Below, piece by piece: positions 1 to 7,867 of a DNA stretch of 64,000 nucleotides. The notes under the pieces were generated by a model. The model made no database searches and was not told the origin of the DNA. It worked only from the letters and a program-made list of their open reading frames with translations. The translations under genes were made by a program, and so were the position numbers. Position 1 is the stretch's first letter. Every line of letters starts with the position of its first letter. Source of the stretch: an uncultured Verrucomicrobia subdivision 3 bacterium (lineage in GTDB: Bacteria > Verrucomicrobiota > Verrucomicrobiia > Limisphaerales > UBA11358). The stretch spans positions 30,080-94,079 of the forward strand of contig CAITTG010000049.1 of assembly GCA_903895255.1 (NCBI GenBank), read 5' to 3'.

Positions 1-2
1 TC

Positions 3-419
3 CTGAATCTGGAGTCCTGCGGCGTCAGCGGCCATCTCTACAGCCTCACCCTCGGCAGCGTGGACAACACCCTCCGCTTTGAGGGCGACCCCGACCGCCT
101 GGCCGTGGCCGTGCCGGAAATCTACGCCCTCCCGTCCATTGGCGACCGCGTCGTGCTGAACATCACCGACGCCCTCATCGGTCAGTACGAGGGCGGCTCC
201 AGCACCCTCCTGCATTACTCCAGCGTGCTGAACCAGCTCTGGTTCAGCCATGACCCCGTGGCCCTGGACACATTATCCATCAAGGAACTCGAACACGAGC
301 GCCAGGTGCGTGGCGCGGATCAATACACCCTCCACCTCGACCTTTACAGCAACGCCACCCTCCTCCAACTCGGCACCAACGACCCCGCTAAAATGCTCAT
401 CGACCGCAGCCAGCTCTGA
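3..419 (+). CDS. 3' end of a gene entering from upstream; hypothetical protein
   Basis: Frame 3 is open from the window edge (LNLESCGVSGHLYSLTLGSVDNTLRF...) to TGA at 417-419. Codons are C-ending like the neighbouring core genes. No family motif recognised. Confidence 0.4.
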   Translation: MNLESCGVSGHLYSLTLGSVDNTLRFEGDPDRLAVAVPEIYALPSIGDRVVLNITDALIGQYEGGSSTLLHYSSVLNQLWFSHDPVALDTLSIKELEHERQVRGADQYTLHLDLYSNATLLQLGTNDPAKMLIDRSQL

Positions 420-463
420 TTTTTTGGAGTGCGGCGGTCTCGGCCGCGCGAACTTCCTCCTGC

Positions 464-664
464 CTAAGCCGTAACCATTCATTTCAACCGCAGATGAACG
501 CAGATGAACGCAGATGAAAACGATGAGACTGCCAAAGTTTTGGCCCGCTAGTGATCAAGCATCATTGGGTGCGCCATTTTTCTTGTTTTCCGCCTTTCCC
601 CATCTGCGTTCATCTGCGTTTATCCGCGGTTAAAGTCTTTTTCAACTGCATGGCTCCGGCTAAA
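464..664. repeat. 201-bp MITE-like inverted-repeat element, copy 1
   Basis: The left arm CTAAGCCGTAACCATTCATTTCAACCGCAGATGAACGCAGATGAACGCAGATG is the reverse complement (one ~11-nt indel) of the right arm CATCTGCGTTCATCTGCGTTTATCCGCGGTTAAAGTC...CCGGCTAAA. Each arm holds a 3x tandem 10-mer (CGCAGATGAA). Confidence 0.8.
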
Positions 665-828
665 ACCTCCGTGCCTCTGTGCCTCCGTGGTAAAACCCTC
701 CCCGCGATTTTCCACCGCCCCGTTTATTCGAACACCGTCGGGTTGGGTGGCAATCCCATTCAGTAATAAGCCGCCCGTGCCTCCCACCCCGGAGTGCGGC
801 CGTCTCGGCCGCGCGAACTTCCTCCTGC

Positions 829-1029
829 CTAAGCCGGAACCATTCATTTCAACCGCAGGTGAACGCGGATGAACGCAGATGAAACCATGAGGTAGGCAAG
901 GGTTTGACCCGATATTGATCGAGAACTATTTGGTGCGTCATTTTTTCTCGTTTTCCGCCTTTCCCCATCTGCGTTAATCTGCGTTAATCTGCGGTTAAAG
1001 TCTTTTTCAACTGAATTGTTCCGGCTAAG
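829..1029. repeat. 201-bp MITE-like inverted-repeat element, copy 2
   Basis: Same termini and arms as copy 1. The central ~75 nt is nearly identical to copy 3 (…ACCATGAGGTAGGCAAGGGTTTGACCCGATATTGATCGAGAACTATTTGGTGCGTCATTTTTTCTCG…). It lies 365 bp after copy 1 inside a tandem duplication. Confidence 0.85.
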
Positions 1030-1126
1030 ACCTCCGTGCCTCTGTGCCTCCGTGGTGAAAATCTCCTCGCCGAAATTCCCAAATTTACTTGCGCCCCGCG
1101 CCGCCTCTTTGTTAAAAGCTCTCAGA

Positions 1127-1453
1127 TTGCAAACGGGCAACTCCATTTTTAAACGTCCCGGCCAGGCGCTGATCGCCGCGCTGCTGGTCGCGTTTGTCCT
1201 GTTGCTGGATGCCATGGTGGCCTCGCCCGGCCTGCATGAATTGCTGCATCCGGACGCCGATCAAGCCGGCCACGAATGCGCCGTCACGATGTTCATTCAC
1301 GGCCACGTGGATGCCTCAGTCGTCCAAGTCGCGGTCATCCTCCCCGCCACCCCGGTTGAATTTTCCCCGCTGATTACCGCCTCCCGGTTCCATACCCGCA
1401 CCGACCAGCTGCCGCCCGGCCGTGGTCCTCCGGCTGGTTTCCTCCTCGCCTAA
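1127..1453 (+). CDS. small membrane-anchored His/Cys-motif protein upstream of the RND operon (start uncertain: TTG 1127, or ATG 1214)
   Basis: The ORF ends at 1453. It has a predicted TM helix (ALIAALLVAFVLLL) followed by LHELLHPDADQAGHECAVTMFIHGH. The track start at 1016 lies inside the repeat block and is unlikely. Confidence 0.4.
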   Translation: MQTGNSIFKRPGQALIAALLVAFVLLLDAMVASPGLHELLHPDADQAGHECAVTMFIHGHVDASVVQVAVILPATPVEFSPLITASRFHTRTDQLPPGRGPPAGFLLA

Positions 1454-1602
1454 ACGTTCCCCGGCATTCCCTGCCGGTTTGCATTCCCTTAATTAACCTC
1501 AATTCCTTTGGGGTCTGGCCCTTGGGCCGGAGTGTTGGTCAAGCCGTGTGAGATTATGAAATGTTCCAGTTATAGCATAGTTCTGCTTTTCGTGTGCGCG
1601 CC

Positions 1603-3096
1603 ATGAATTTAATGCCCCATTCCTTCTGTTGGCGGCCAGCCTCGGTGATACTGCTCGGGCTCCTGCTCGCCGGTTGCGCGGTGGGCCCCAACTTTGAACG
1701 GCCCCCGGCGCCGGCGGTTGCGAACTACACCGCCCAGCCGCTCACGACCACGGTCACGACCACCAACGTGCCCGGGGGCGCGGCCCAGCACTTTCTGCCC
1801 GGGGCCGAGCTTGCGGGCGACTGGTGGACGCTCTTCCATTCCGCGCCCCTCAACGCCCTGATCGAACAAGCCCTCACCAATAATCCCTACCTCAAGGCCG
1901 CGCAAGCCGCCCTGACCGTGGCCCGCGAAAACCGGCTCGCGCAGCGCGGGGGATATTATCCCAGTGTCTCCGCTGGTTTCGCCGCCACCCGTCAGAAAAA
2001 CGCCGGAACACTGGCCCCCATCCCCAGCAATAACTCCCAGCTCTACAATCTCTTCACCCCGCAGGTCAGTGTCTCGTATGTGCCGGACGTCTTCGGCCAA
2101 AACCGTCGCACCGTCGAATCCATCCAGGCCCAGGAACAGGCCGTGCGATACCAGATGATCGCCACCTACACCACCCTGGCGGCGAACGTCGTGGTGACGG
2201 CGATTCAGGAGGCGGCGGTCGCGGCGCAAATCGACGCCACTCGCCGGATGATTGACCTCAACTCCAACATGTTGGAAATCGTCCGCTACCAGCTGTCCAA
2301 GGGCTCCGCCAGCCGGCTGGATCTCGCCGCCCAGGAATCCCAACTCGCGCAAGTCATTGCCACGCTGCCCCCGCTCGTCAAGCAGGCCGCCCAGTTGCGT
2401 GACCAGCTCGCCGTGCTGGCCGGCCGTTTTCCCGGCGCTGGCCCCGCCGACTCATTTGCCCTCGCCAGCCTGCGCCTGCCCACGGACCTGCCCGTAAGCC
2501 TGCCCTCGGCCCTCGTCGCCCAGCGTCCGGATGTGCTTCAGGCGGAGGCCAACCTGCATGCGGCCACCGCGCAGATCGGTATCGCCGTCGCGAATCGCCT
2601 GCCCAATATCACCCTCAGTGCCAATGCCGGCAGCACCGCGCTCGCCTTTGATAAATTATTCTCCTCCGGCACCGGCTTTTGGGGCATCGGCGCCGCCGCC
2701 ACCGCTCCATTGTTTCAAGGCGGGACCTTGTTGCATCAGGAGCGCGCCGCCCGGGCGGCCGCCGTGCAGGCGGCCGAGCAATACCGCAGCACCGTGCTGA
2801 CGGCGTTTCAAAATGTGGCGGACACCCTGGCCGCCTTGGAACAGGACGCTGTGGCCTTGCAGGCCGCCGCCACCGCCGCCGCGGATGCCCGGATCACCTT
2901 GGAACTTTCTCAGCGCCAGTGGCGCGACGGCTACATCGCCTATCTGGCACTGTTGAGTGCTGAACAGGCCGATGCGCAGGCGCAAATCAATCTCGTCCAG
3001 GCCCAGGCCAATCGCTTTGCGGATACCGCGGCCCTGTTTCAAGCATTGGGCGGCGGCTGGTGGCAGCGCACAGATTTAACTCAAAATTCGAAGTAA
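1603..3096 (+). CDS. RND efflux outer-membrane lipoprotein, NodT/CzcC-type OMF
   Basis: Signal peptide with lipobox LLAGC followed by AVGPNFERP, the typical NodT start. Two OEP-type repeats, about 500 aa. First gene of the OMF-MFP-RND operon. Confidence 0.9.
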   Translation: MNLMPHSFCWRPASVILLGLLLAGCAVGPNFERPPAPAVANYTAQPLTTTVTTTNVPGGAAQHFLPGAELAGDWWTLFHSAPLNALIEQALTNNPYLKAAQAALTVARENRLAQRGGYYPSVSAGFAATRQKNAGTLAPIPSNNSQLYNLFTPQVSVSYVPDVFGQNRRTVESIQAQEQAVRYQMIATYTTLAANVVVTAIQEAAVAAQIDATRRMIDLNSNMLEIVRYQLSKGSASRLDLAAQESQLAQVIATLPPLVKQAAQLRDQLAVLAGRFPGAGPADSFALASLRLPTDLPVSLPSALVAQRPDVLQAEANLHAATAQIGIAVANRLPNITLSANAGSTALAFDKLFSSGTGFWGIGAAATAPLFQGGTLLHQERAARAAAVQAAEQYRSTVLTAFQNVADTLAALEQDAVALQAAATAAADARITLELSQRQWRDGYIAYLALLSAEQADAQAQINLVQAQANRFADTAALFQALGGGWWQRTDLTQNSK

Positions 3097-3098
3097 AA

Positions 3099-4292
3099 AT
3101 GAGCAAAAATATATTTTACCAACGACTGCCGGCATCGTACGTGGACAAATTCCCGCCCGCGCTCGCGGTAACCCTGCTGTCCCTCATCGCGCTTGGCCTG
3201 TTCAACGGCTGTTCGCCTGCCACCACGGACCAACCTTCCGCCACCTCCGTCACCGCCAGCAACGTGACCCTCACCGCCGCCCAGCGGCCCAACATTCATC
3301 TCTACACCGTCGCACGATCCACCTACCACCGGATCATTTCCACCACCGGGGAAGTGGACTTCGACAACGACCAGGCTACCAGCGTGCTGGCCCCCTTTGG
3401 CGGGCCGGTCACCCGCCTGCTCGTTTCCCCCGGCGACCGGGTCAAAGCCGGCGACCCCCTGGCCATCGTGGATTCGCCGGATTATGCCCTGGCCATCAGC
3501 ACCTATCGCAAAGCCCTCGCCACCGCCGTGACCGACCGTCGCGTGGCCGATTACGACCGGGATCTCGCCCTGCATAATGGCATCGCCCAGCGCGAAGCCG
3601 ACCAGGCCGAAACCGATGCCGTCAATGCCGAGGCGGACCGCGACGCGGCCTTGCAAGCCTTGGTTTCCCTCAATGTGGATCCCCAAGTGATTAAAGATCT
3701 CCAAGCCGGCCGCGCTGTCGGGCATCCCGGCGCCCCCATTCGCTCCCCCATCGCCGGCACCGTGGTGGAAAAACTGGTTACCCCCGGGGAATTGCTCACC
3801 GCCGGCACCACGCCCTGTTTCACCGTGGCCGACCTCTCCCGCGTCTGGGTGATGGTCCAAGTCTTCGGCACCGACCTCGCCTCCGTCAGCGTGGGCGACA
3901 CCGCCGAATTGACCAGTGGCATCGCTACCAACGTCTTCACCGGCCGGGTGGACAACATCTCCGCCCTGGTCAACCCGGACACCCGGGCGGTGCTCGTGCG
4001 CGTGGTCGTGGAAAATCCCGGCGACCTGCTCAAGAAACAAACGTATGTCGCCGTCCACCTGCGCGCCGCCCGGGCGAGCACCGGCCTGCTGGTCCCCGTG
4101 TCCGCGATTCTGCGCGATGACGAAAACCTGCCCTTTGTCTATGTCCTCCAGCCGGACGGCAGTTTCGCGCGGCAGCACGTGACCCTCGGGTATCGCACCG
4201 GGGACCAATATGACATCCCTGAGGGCGTGCAGGCCGGCGACCAGATCGTGGATGACGGCGCGTTGTTTGTTCAATTCCTGCAAAATCAATGA
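3099..4292 (+). CDS. efflux RND periplasmic adaptor (MFP, CzcB/HlyD-like)
   Basis: N-terminal anchor, then lipoyl-like (GDRVKAGDPLAIVDSPD) and beta-barrel segments. Its stop overlaps the next start (ATGA at 4289-4292). Confidence 0.88.
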   Translation: MSKNIFYQRLPASYVDKFPPALAVTLLSLIALGLFNGCSPATTDQPSATSVTASNVTLTAAQRPNIHLYTVARSTYHRIISTTGEVDFDNDQATSVLAPFGGPVTRLLVSPGDRVKAGDPLAIVDSPDYALAISTYRKALATAVTDRRVADYDRDLALHNGIAQREADQAETDAVNAEADRDAALQALVSLNVDPQVIKDLQAGRAVGHPGAPIRSPIAGTVVEKLVTPGELLTAGTTPCFTVADLSRVWVMVQVFGTDLASVSVGDTAELTSGIATNVFTGRVDNISALVNPDTRAVLVRVVVENPGDLLKKQTYVAVHLRAARASTGLLVPVSAILRDDENLPFVYVLQPDGSFARQHVTLGYRTGDQYDIPEGVQAGDQIVDDGALFVQFLQNQ

Positions 4293-7200
4293 GCGCCCCC
4301 CTCACCTCCACCGGAGCTCCGCCGCGCACGGCCTCAATGATGAACCGCATCGTGGCCTCGTCGCTGCGGCAGCGCTTCCTTGTCATCCTCATGACCTTCG
4401 TGCTGCTGGCCGCGGGGTCGCGTTCCCTGAACCGCCTGCCGGTGGATGCTTATCCGGACCTGTCGCCCCCGATTGTTGAAATTATCACCCAATGGCCCGG
4501 CCATGCGGCTGAGGAGATTGAGCGCTTGATTACCGTGCCTGTGGAAGTGGGCATGAACGGCATTCCGCAGCTGGCCACCGCCCGTTCCATTTCACTCTAC
4601 GGTTTGTCGGATGTCATCCTCACCTATCAGCATGGCACGGACAACAATTTCGCCCGCCAGGAGGTCTTTAACCGGCTCTCCTCGCTGACCCTCCCGAGCG
4701 GCGTGACCCCCTCGGTCTCGCCCCTCTCCTCGCCCTCGGGCTTGATTTACCGGTACGTTCTCCAAAGCCCCGACCGCTCGCCCATGGAACTCAAGACCTT
4801 CGAGGATTGGATCATCGAGCCCGCCTACAAATCCCTCGCCGGCGTGGCGGATGACTCCGGCTTCGGCGGCGGCACCATGCAATATCAAGTGCTGCTGGAC
4901 CCGGCCAAAATCGCCGGGGTCGGCCTCTCGGTGCTCCAGGTGGAGGCCGCGCTCGCCGCCAACAACGCCAACGCCGGCGGCGGTTTCTATTCACAGGGCG
5001 GCCAGTTTTATTACGTGCGCGGCCTGGGCCGCCTGGAAACGGTCGAGGACATCGGCAATGTGGTGCTCGCCGTTCATGACGGCACCCCGGTCCTGCTCAA
5101 GGATGTCGGCCGGGTGGTCATCGGCATCGCCCCGCGCCTGGGTGAGTTCGGTTATGAACAACAGGACGACGCCGTGGAGGGGGTCATTTTGTTGCGCACC
5201 GGCGACAAAACGCAGGACGTGCTCCAGCGCGTGGCCGCGAAGACGAAGGAGTTGAATGAAAAAATCCTGCCCAAGGATGTCAAGATCCTGCCATTCTACG
5301 ACCGCACCGACTTGATCGTGCTGACCACCCAAATCGTCGAGCGCAACCTGCTGCGCGGGATGCTGCTCGTGATCGTGATTCTCATTTTTTTCCTCTACGA
5401 TTTTCGCGCGGGCCTGATTGTGGCCACGACCATTCCGCTGGCGCTGCTGTTTGCCTTCGTCTGCCTGGACTGGCAGCACGCCTCGGCCAACCTGCTCTCC
5501 ATCGGTGCGATTGATTTCGGCATTCTGGTGGATGGCGCCGTCGTCATGGTGGAAAATATTTTCCGCCAGATCGCCGCGCGCAAAGGCGCGCCCATGAATG
5601 TGCCTGAGATCATCCGCGCGGCGGCCGCCGAGGTGGACCGCCCGCTCTTTTATGCCGTGGCGGTGATCGTGGCCGGCTTCCTGCCGATTTATGCACTGTC
5701 CGGCCCGTCCGGAACCTTGTTCAAGCCGATGGCCGACACCATGGTGTTTGCCCTGGTGGGCTCGCTCATTGTCACCCTCACCCTCCTGCCGGTGCTGTGC
5801 TCATGGTTCATGCGGAACGGCGTTCGGGAAAGGCGCAATGGGGTGTTTGAGGCCATCAAAGCGGTTTACACCCAGGGCCTGGATGTCTGCCTGGCCTGGC
5901 CCTGGGCCACGACGCTGGTTTCCGCCCTGCTGCTCGGCGGTTCGTTGCTGCTCATCCCGCGCATCGGCGCCGAATTCATGCCGCAATTGGATGAGGGTGC
6001 CCTCTGGGTCCGCGCCACCATGCCCTACACCATCTCCTTCGATGAATCGGCTAAAATCACCCCGCAAATCCGGGCCATCCTGAAATCCTTTCCCGAGGTG
6101 ACTACCGTCGCTTCCGAACTCGGCCGGCCCGACGACGGCACGGATTCCACCGGGTTTTTCAATGTCGAGTTCTACGTGGGCCTGAAACCCTACTCCCAAT
6201 GGCACGGCGCGTACCGCAAGAAAGCCGACCTCATCGAGGCCATCAACCACAAGCTCGGCTCCTTCCCCGGCATCATCTTCAACTACACCCAGCCCGCCGA
6301 GGACGCGGTGGACGAGGCGGAATCCGGCCTGAAAAGCGCCCTGGCGGTCAAGGTCTTCGGTTCCGATTTGCCGACGCTCGAACAGAAAGGCAAAGCGATC
6401 AAGGCCGTCCTTGAAAAAGTCCGGGGCATCGCCAATGTGACCCTCGTGAAAGAACTCGGCCAGCCCAGTCTGGACATCAAGATCAACCGGGCCATGATCG
6501 CCCGCTACGGCGTGAATGTCGCGGACATCAATGGCCTCATCACCACCGCCATCGGCGGCGACGTGGCCACCCAGGTGGTGCAGCAGGAAAAGCAATTTGA
6601 CCTCGTGGTGCGGTTGGAGCGCGAATACCGGGACAACCCCGAGGAAATTGGCAACATCCTTGTGCCCACCCCCGGCGGCCAGCAGATTCCGCTTAAGGAA
6701 TTCGCCGACATCCGGGTGGCCAACGGCGCCTCCTTCATATATCGCCAGGACAATTCCCGCTACATCGGCGTCCAGTTCTCCGTGGCCGGACGCGACCTGG
6801 CCGGCGCGGTGCAGGACGCCATGGCCCAGATCAATGCCGCGGTAAAACTGCCGCCGGGTTACCATCTCGATTGGGGCGGTGAATACACCGAATACACCGC
6901 CTCGCGCGACCAGATGAAGGTCATCCTGCCGCTGACCCTGGCCCTGATTTTCCTCCTGCTGTTCGCCCTCTACAGCAACCTAAAATTTCCGTTCATCACC
7001 GTGCTCGGCGTGCTGCTCTCCGCCCCCGTGGGCGGCCTCGTGGCCCTCTGGCTCACCGGCACCCCGTTTTCGGTTTCCTCCGGCATTGGCTTCCTCGCCT
7101 TGTTCGGCGTCTCCGTGCAAACCGCCGTCGTCTACATCTCCTACGTCAACGAACTGCGCCTGCAAGGCGCCAGCCTGGCCGAATCCATTCGCGAAGGTGC

Positions 7201-7414
7201 CATCCTGCGCTTGCGCCCCATCATGATGACCGCCCTCGTCGCGGCCCTCGGCCTGCTGCCCGCCGCCCTGGCTACCGGCGTCGGCACCGACACCCAGCGC
7301 CCGTTTGCCCTCGTCATCGTCAGCGGCCTCTTCACCCGCCTCCTCATCAGCATCTTCCTCATGCCTGCCCTCTACACCATCGTCGCCCGCCCCAACGACC
7401 GCCTGGAAGTGTAA
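4289..7414 (+). CDS. CusA/CzcA-family heavy-metal efflux RND permease
   Basis: 1041 aa. The N-terminus NRIVASSLRQRFLVILMTF...LNRLPVDAYPDLSPPIVEIITQWPGHAAEEIE matches the CzcA/CusA pattern, and the layout is the 12-TM RND type. An alternative start at ATG 4337 is possible. Confidence 0.93.
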   Translation: MSAPLTSTGAPPRTASMMNRIVASSLRQRFLVILMTFVLLAAGSRSLNRLPVDAYPDLSPPIVEIITQWPGHAAEEIERLITVPVEVGMNGIPQLATARSISLYGLSDVILTYQHGTDNNFARQEVFNRLSSLTLPSGVTPSVSPLSSPSGLIYRYVLQSPDRSPMELKTFEDWIIEPAYKSLAGVADDSGFGGGTMQYQVLLDPAKIAGVGLSVLQVEAALAANNANAGGGFYSQGGQFYYVRGLGRLETVEDIGNVVLAVHDGTPVLLKDVGRVVIGIAPRLGEFGYEQQDDAVEGVILLRTGDKTQDVLQRVAAKTKELNEKILPKDVKILPFYDRTDLIVLTTQIVERNLLRGMLLVIVILIFFLYDFRAGLIVATTIPLALLFAFVCLDWQHASANLLSIGAIDFGILVDGAVVMVENIFRQIAARKGAPMNVPEIIRAAAAEVDRPLFYAVAVIVAGFLPIYALSGPSGTLFKPMADTMVFALVGSLIVTLTLLPVLCSWFMRNGVRERRNGVFEAIKAVYTQGLDVCLAWPWATTLVSALLLGGSLLLIPRIGAEFMPQLDEGALWVRATMPYTISFDESAKITPQIRAILKSFPEVTTVASELGRPDDGTDSTGFFNVEFYVGLKPYSQWHGAYRKKADLIEAINHKLGSFPGIIFNYTQPAEDAVDEAESGLKSALAVKVFGSDLPTLEQKGKAIKAVLEKVRGIANVTLVKELGQPSLDIKINRAMIARYGVNVADINGLITTAIGGDVATQVVQQEKQFDLVVRLEREYRDNPEEIGNILVPTPGGQQIPLKEFADIRVANGASFIYRQDNSRYIGVQFSVAGRDLAGAVQDAMAQINAAVKLPPGYHLDWGGEYTEYTASRDQMKVILPLTLALIFLLLFALYSNLKFPFITVLGVLLSAPVGGLVALWLTGTPFSVSSGIGFLALFGVSVQTAVVYISYVNELRLQGASLAESIREGAILRLRPIMMTALVAALGLLPAALATGVGTDTQRPFALVIVSGLFTRLLISIFLMPALYTIVARPNDRLEV

Positions 7415-7457
7415 CCAGGGCCAAACTAAAATCGTGGACTCAGGGCTTCCCTTCGTA

Positions 7458-7490
7458 GCGGTGAACGGGCGTTCACCGCCTTCATTATTT
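7458..7490 (+). terminator. hairpin plus T-rich tail after the RND pump
   Basis: GCGGTGAAC-GGGC-GTTCACCGC (9-bp stem) followed by CTTCATTATTTCC, 44 nt after the stop. Confidence 0.55.
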
Positions 7491-7675
7491 CCGCTCCGCA
7501 TCGCAAAAACAGCGCCCGATCATCGGAGCGCCGGCTTCCCGCCGGCTTTGCGCATCCGACCACCCGCACGGACCGATTCCATCCAATAACAACCAACCTG
7601 CTACGTAACGCCGTCCCCGCACCAACCACCGCACATGCCGCGGGCTACCCATGGCAGAACCCCGTCCGGGGCCTG

Positions 7676-7747
7676 CGCCCCCGGAGCGCGGGTCCGTGAC
7701 CCGCAGCGCGTCGCTTCGCTGGCGGGCGTAAAAATTAGCCTGCCACC
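7676..7747. repeat. REP-like element, copy A (17-nt palindrome core at 7688-7704)
   Basis: Core GCGGGTC-CGT-GACCCGC followed by AGCGCGTCGCTTCGCTG...AAAATTAGCCTGCCACC. Same orientation and tail as copy B. Confidence 0.8.
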
Positions 7748-7867
7748 TTTTCGGGCCAGGCGAAAGCTGCCCCTTGCCATGTATACATTTGGTATCAGGA
7801 CGCGCCACCGTTTCAGCCGCGTGTTAAATCCCTGTTCATCTGTGTCTATCCGTGGTTACCCCCCATT

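Noticed and set aside
551-1215. Track ORFs across the repeat block (551-766+, 620-847-, 687-872+, 844-1215-, and the 5' part of 1016-1453+)
   Set aside because: They are read-throughs of the MITE-like arms and the CCTCCGTGCCTCTGTGCC module (peptides such as ICVHLRLSAVK and FTTEAQRHGG). The same peptides recur wherever the repeat occurs, so they are not genes.
4289-4340. Alternative later start (ATG 4337, MMNRIV...) for the RND pump
   Set aside because: Not resolved. The ATGA overlap with the adaptor stop favours 4289, but homolog N-termini start near MNRI. The longer call is kept, with this caveat.
7415-7867. tRNA, rRNA or other classical RNA genes in the larger intergenic gaps (7415-7867, 10352-11087, 16292-16598, 16860-16999, 36653-36841, 42220-42680, 43464-44190)
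   Set aside because: Reading by eye, I found no cloverleaf-compatible acceptor/T-arm pairings and no rRNA-like sequence. A tRNAscan/Infernal run would be needed to be definitive.
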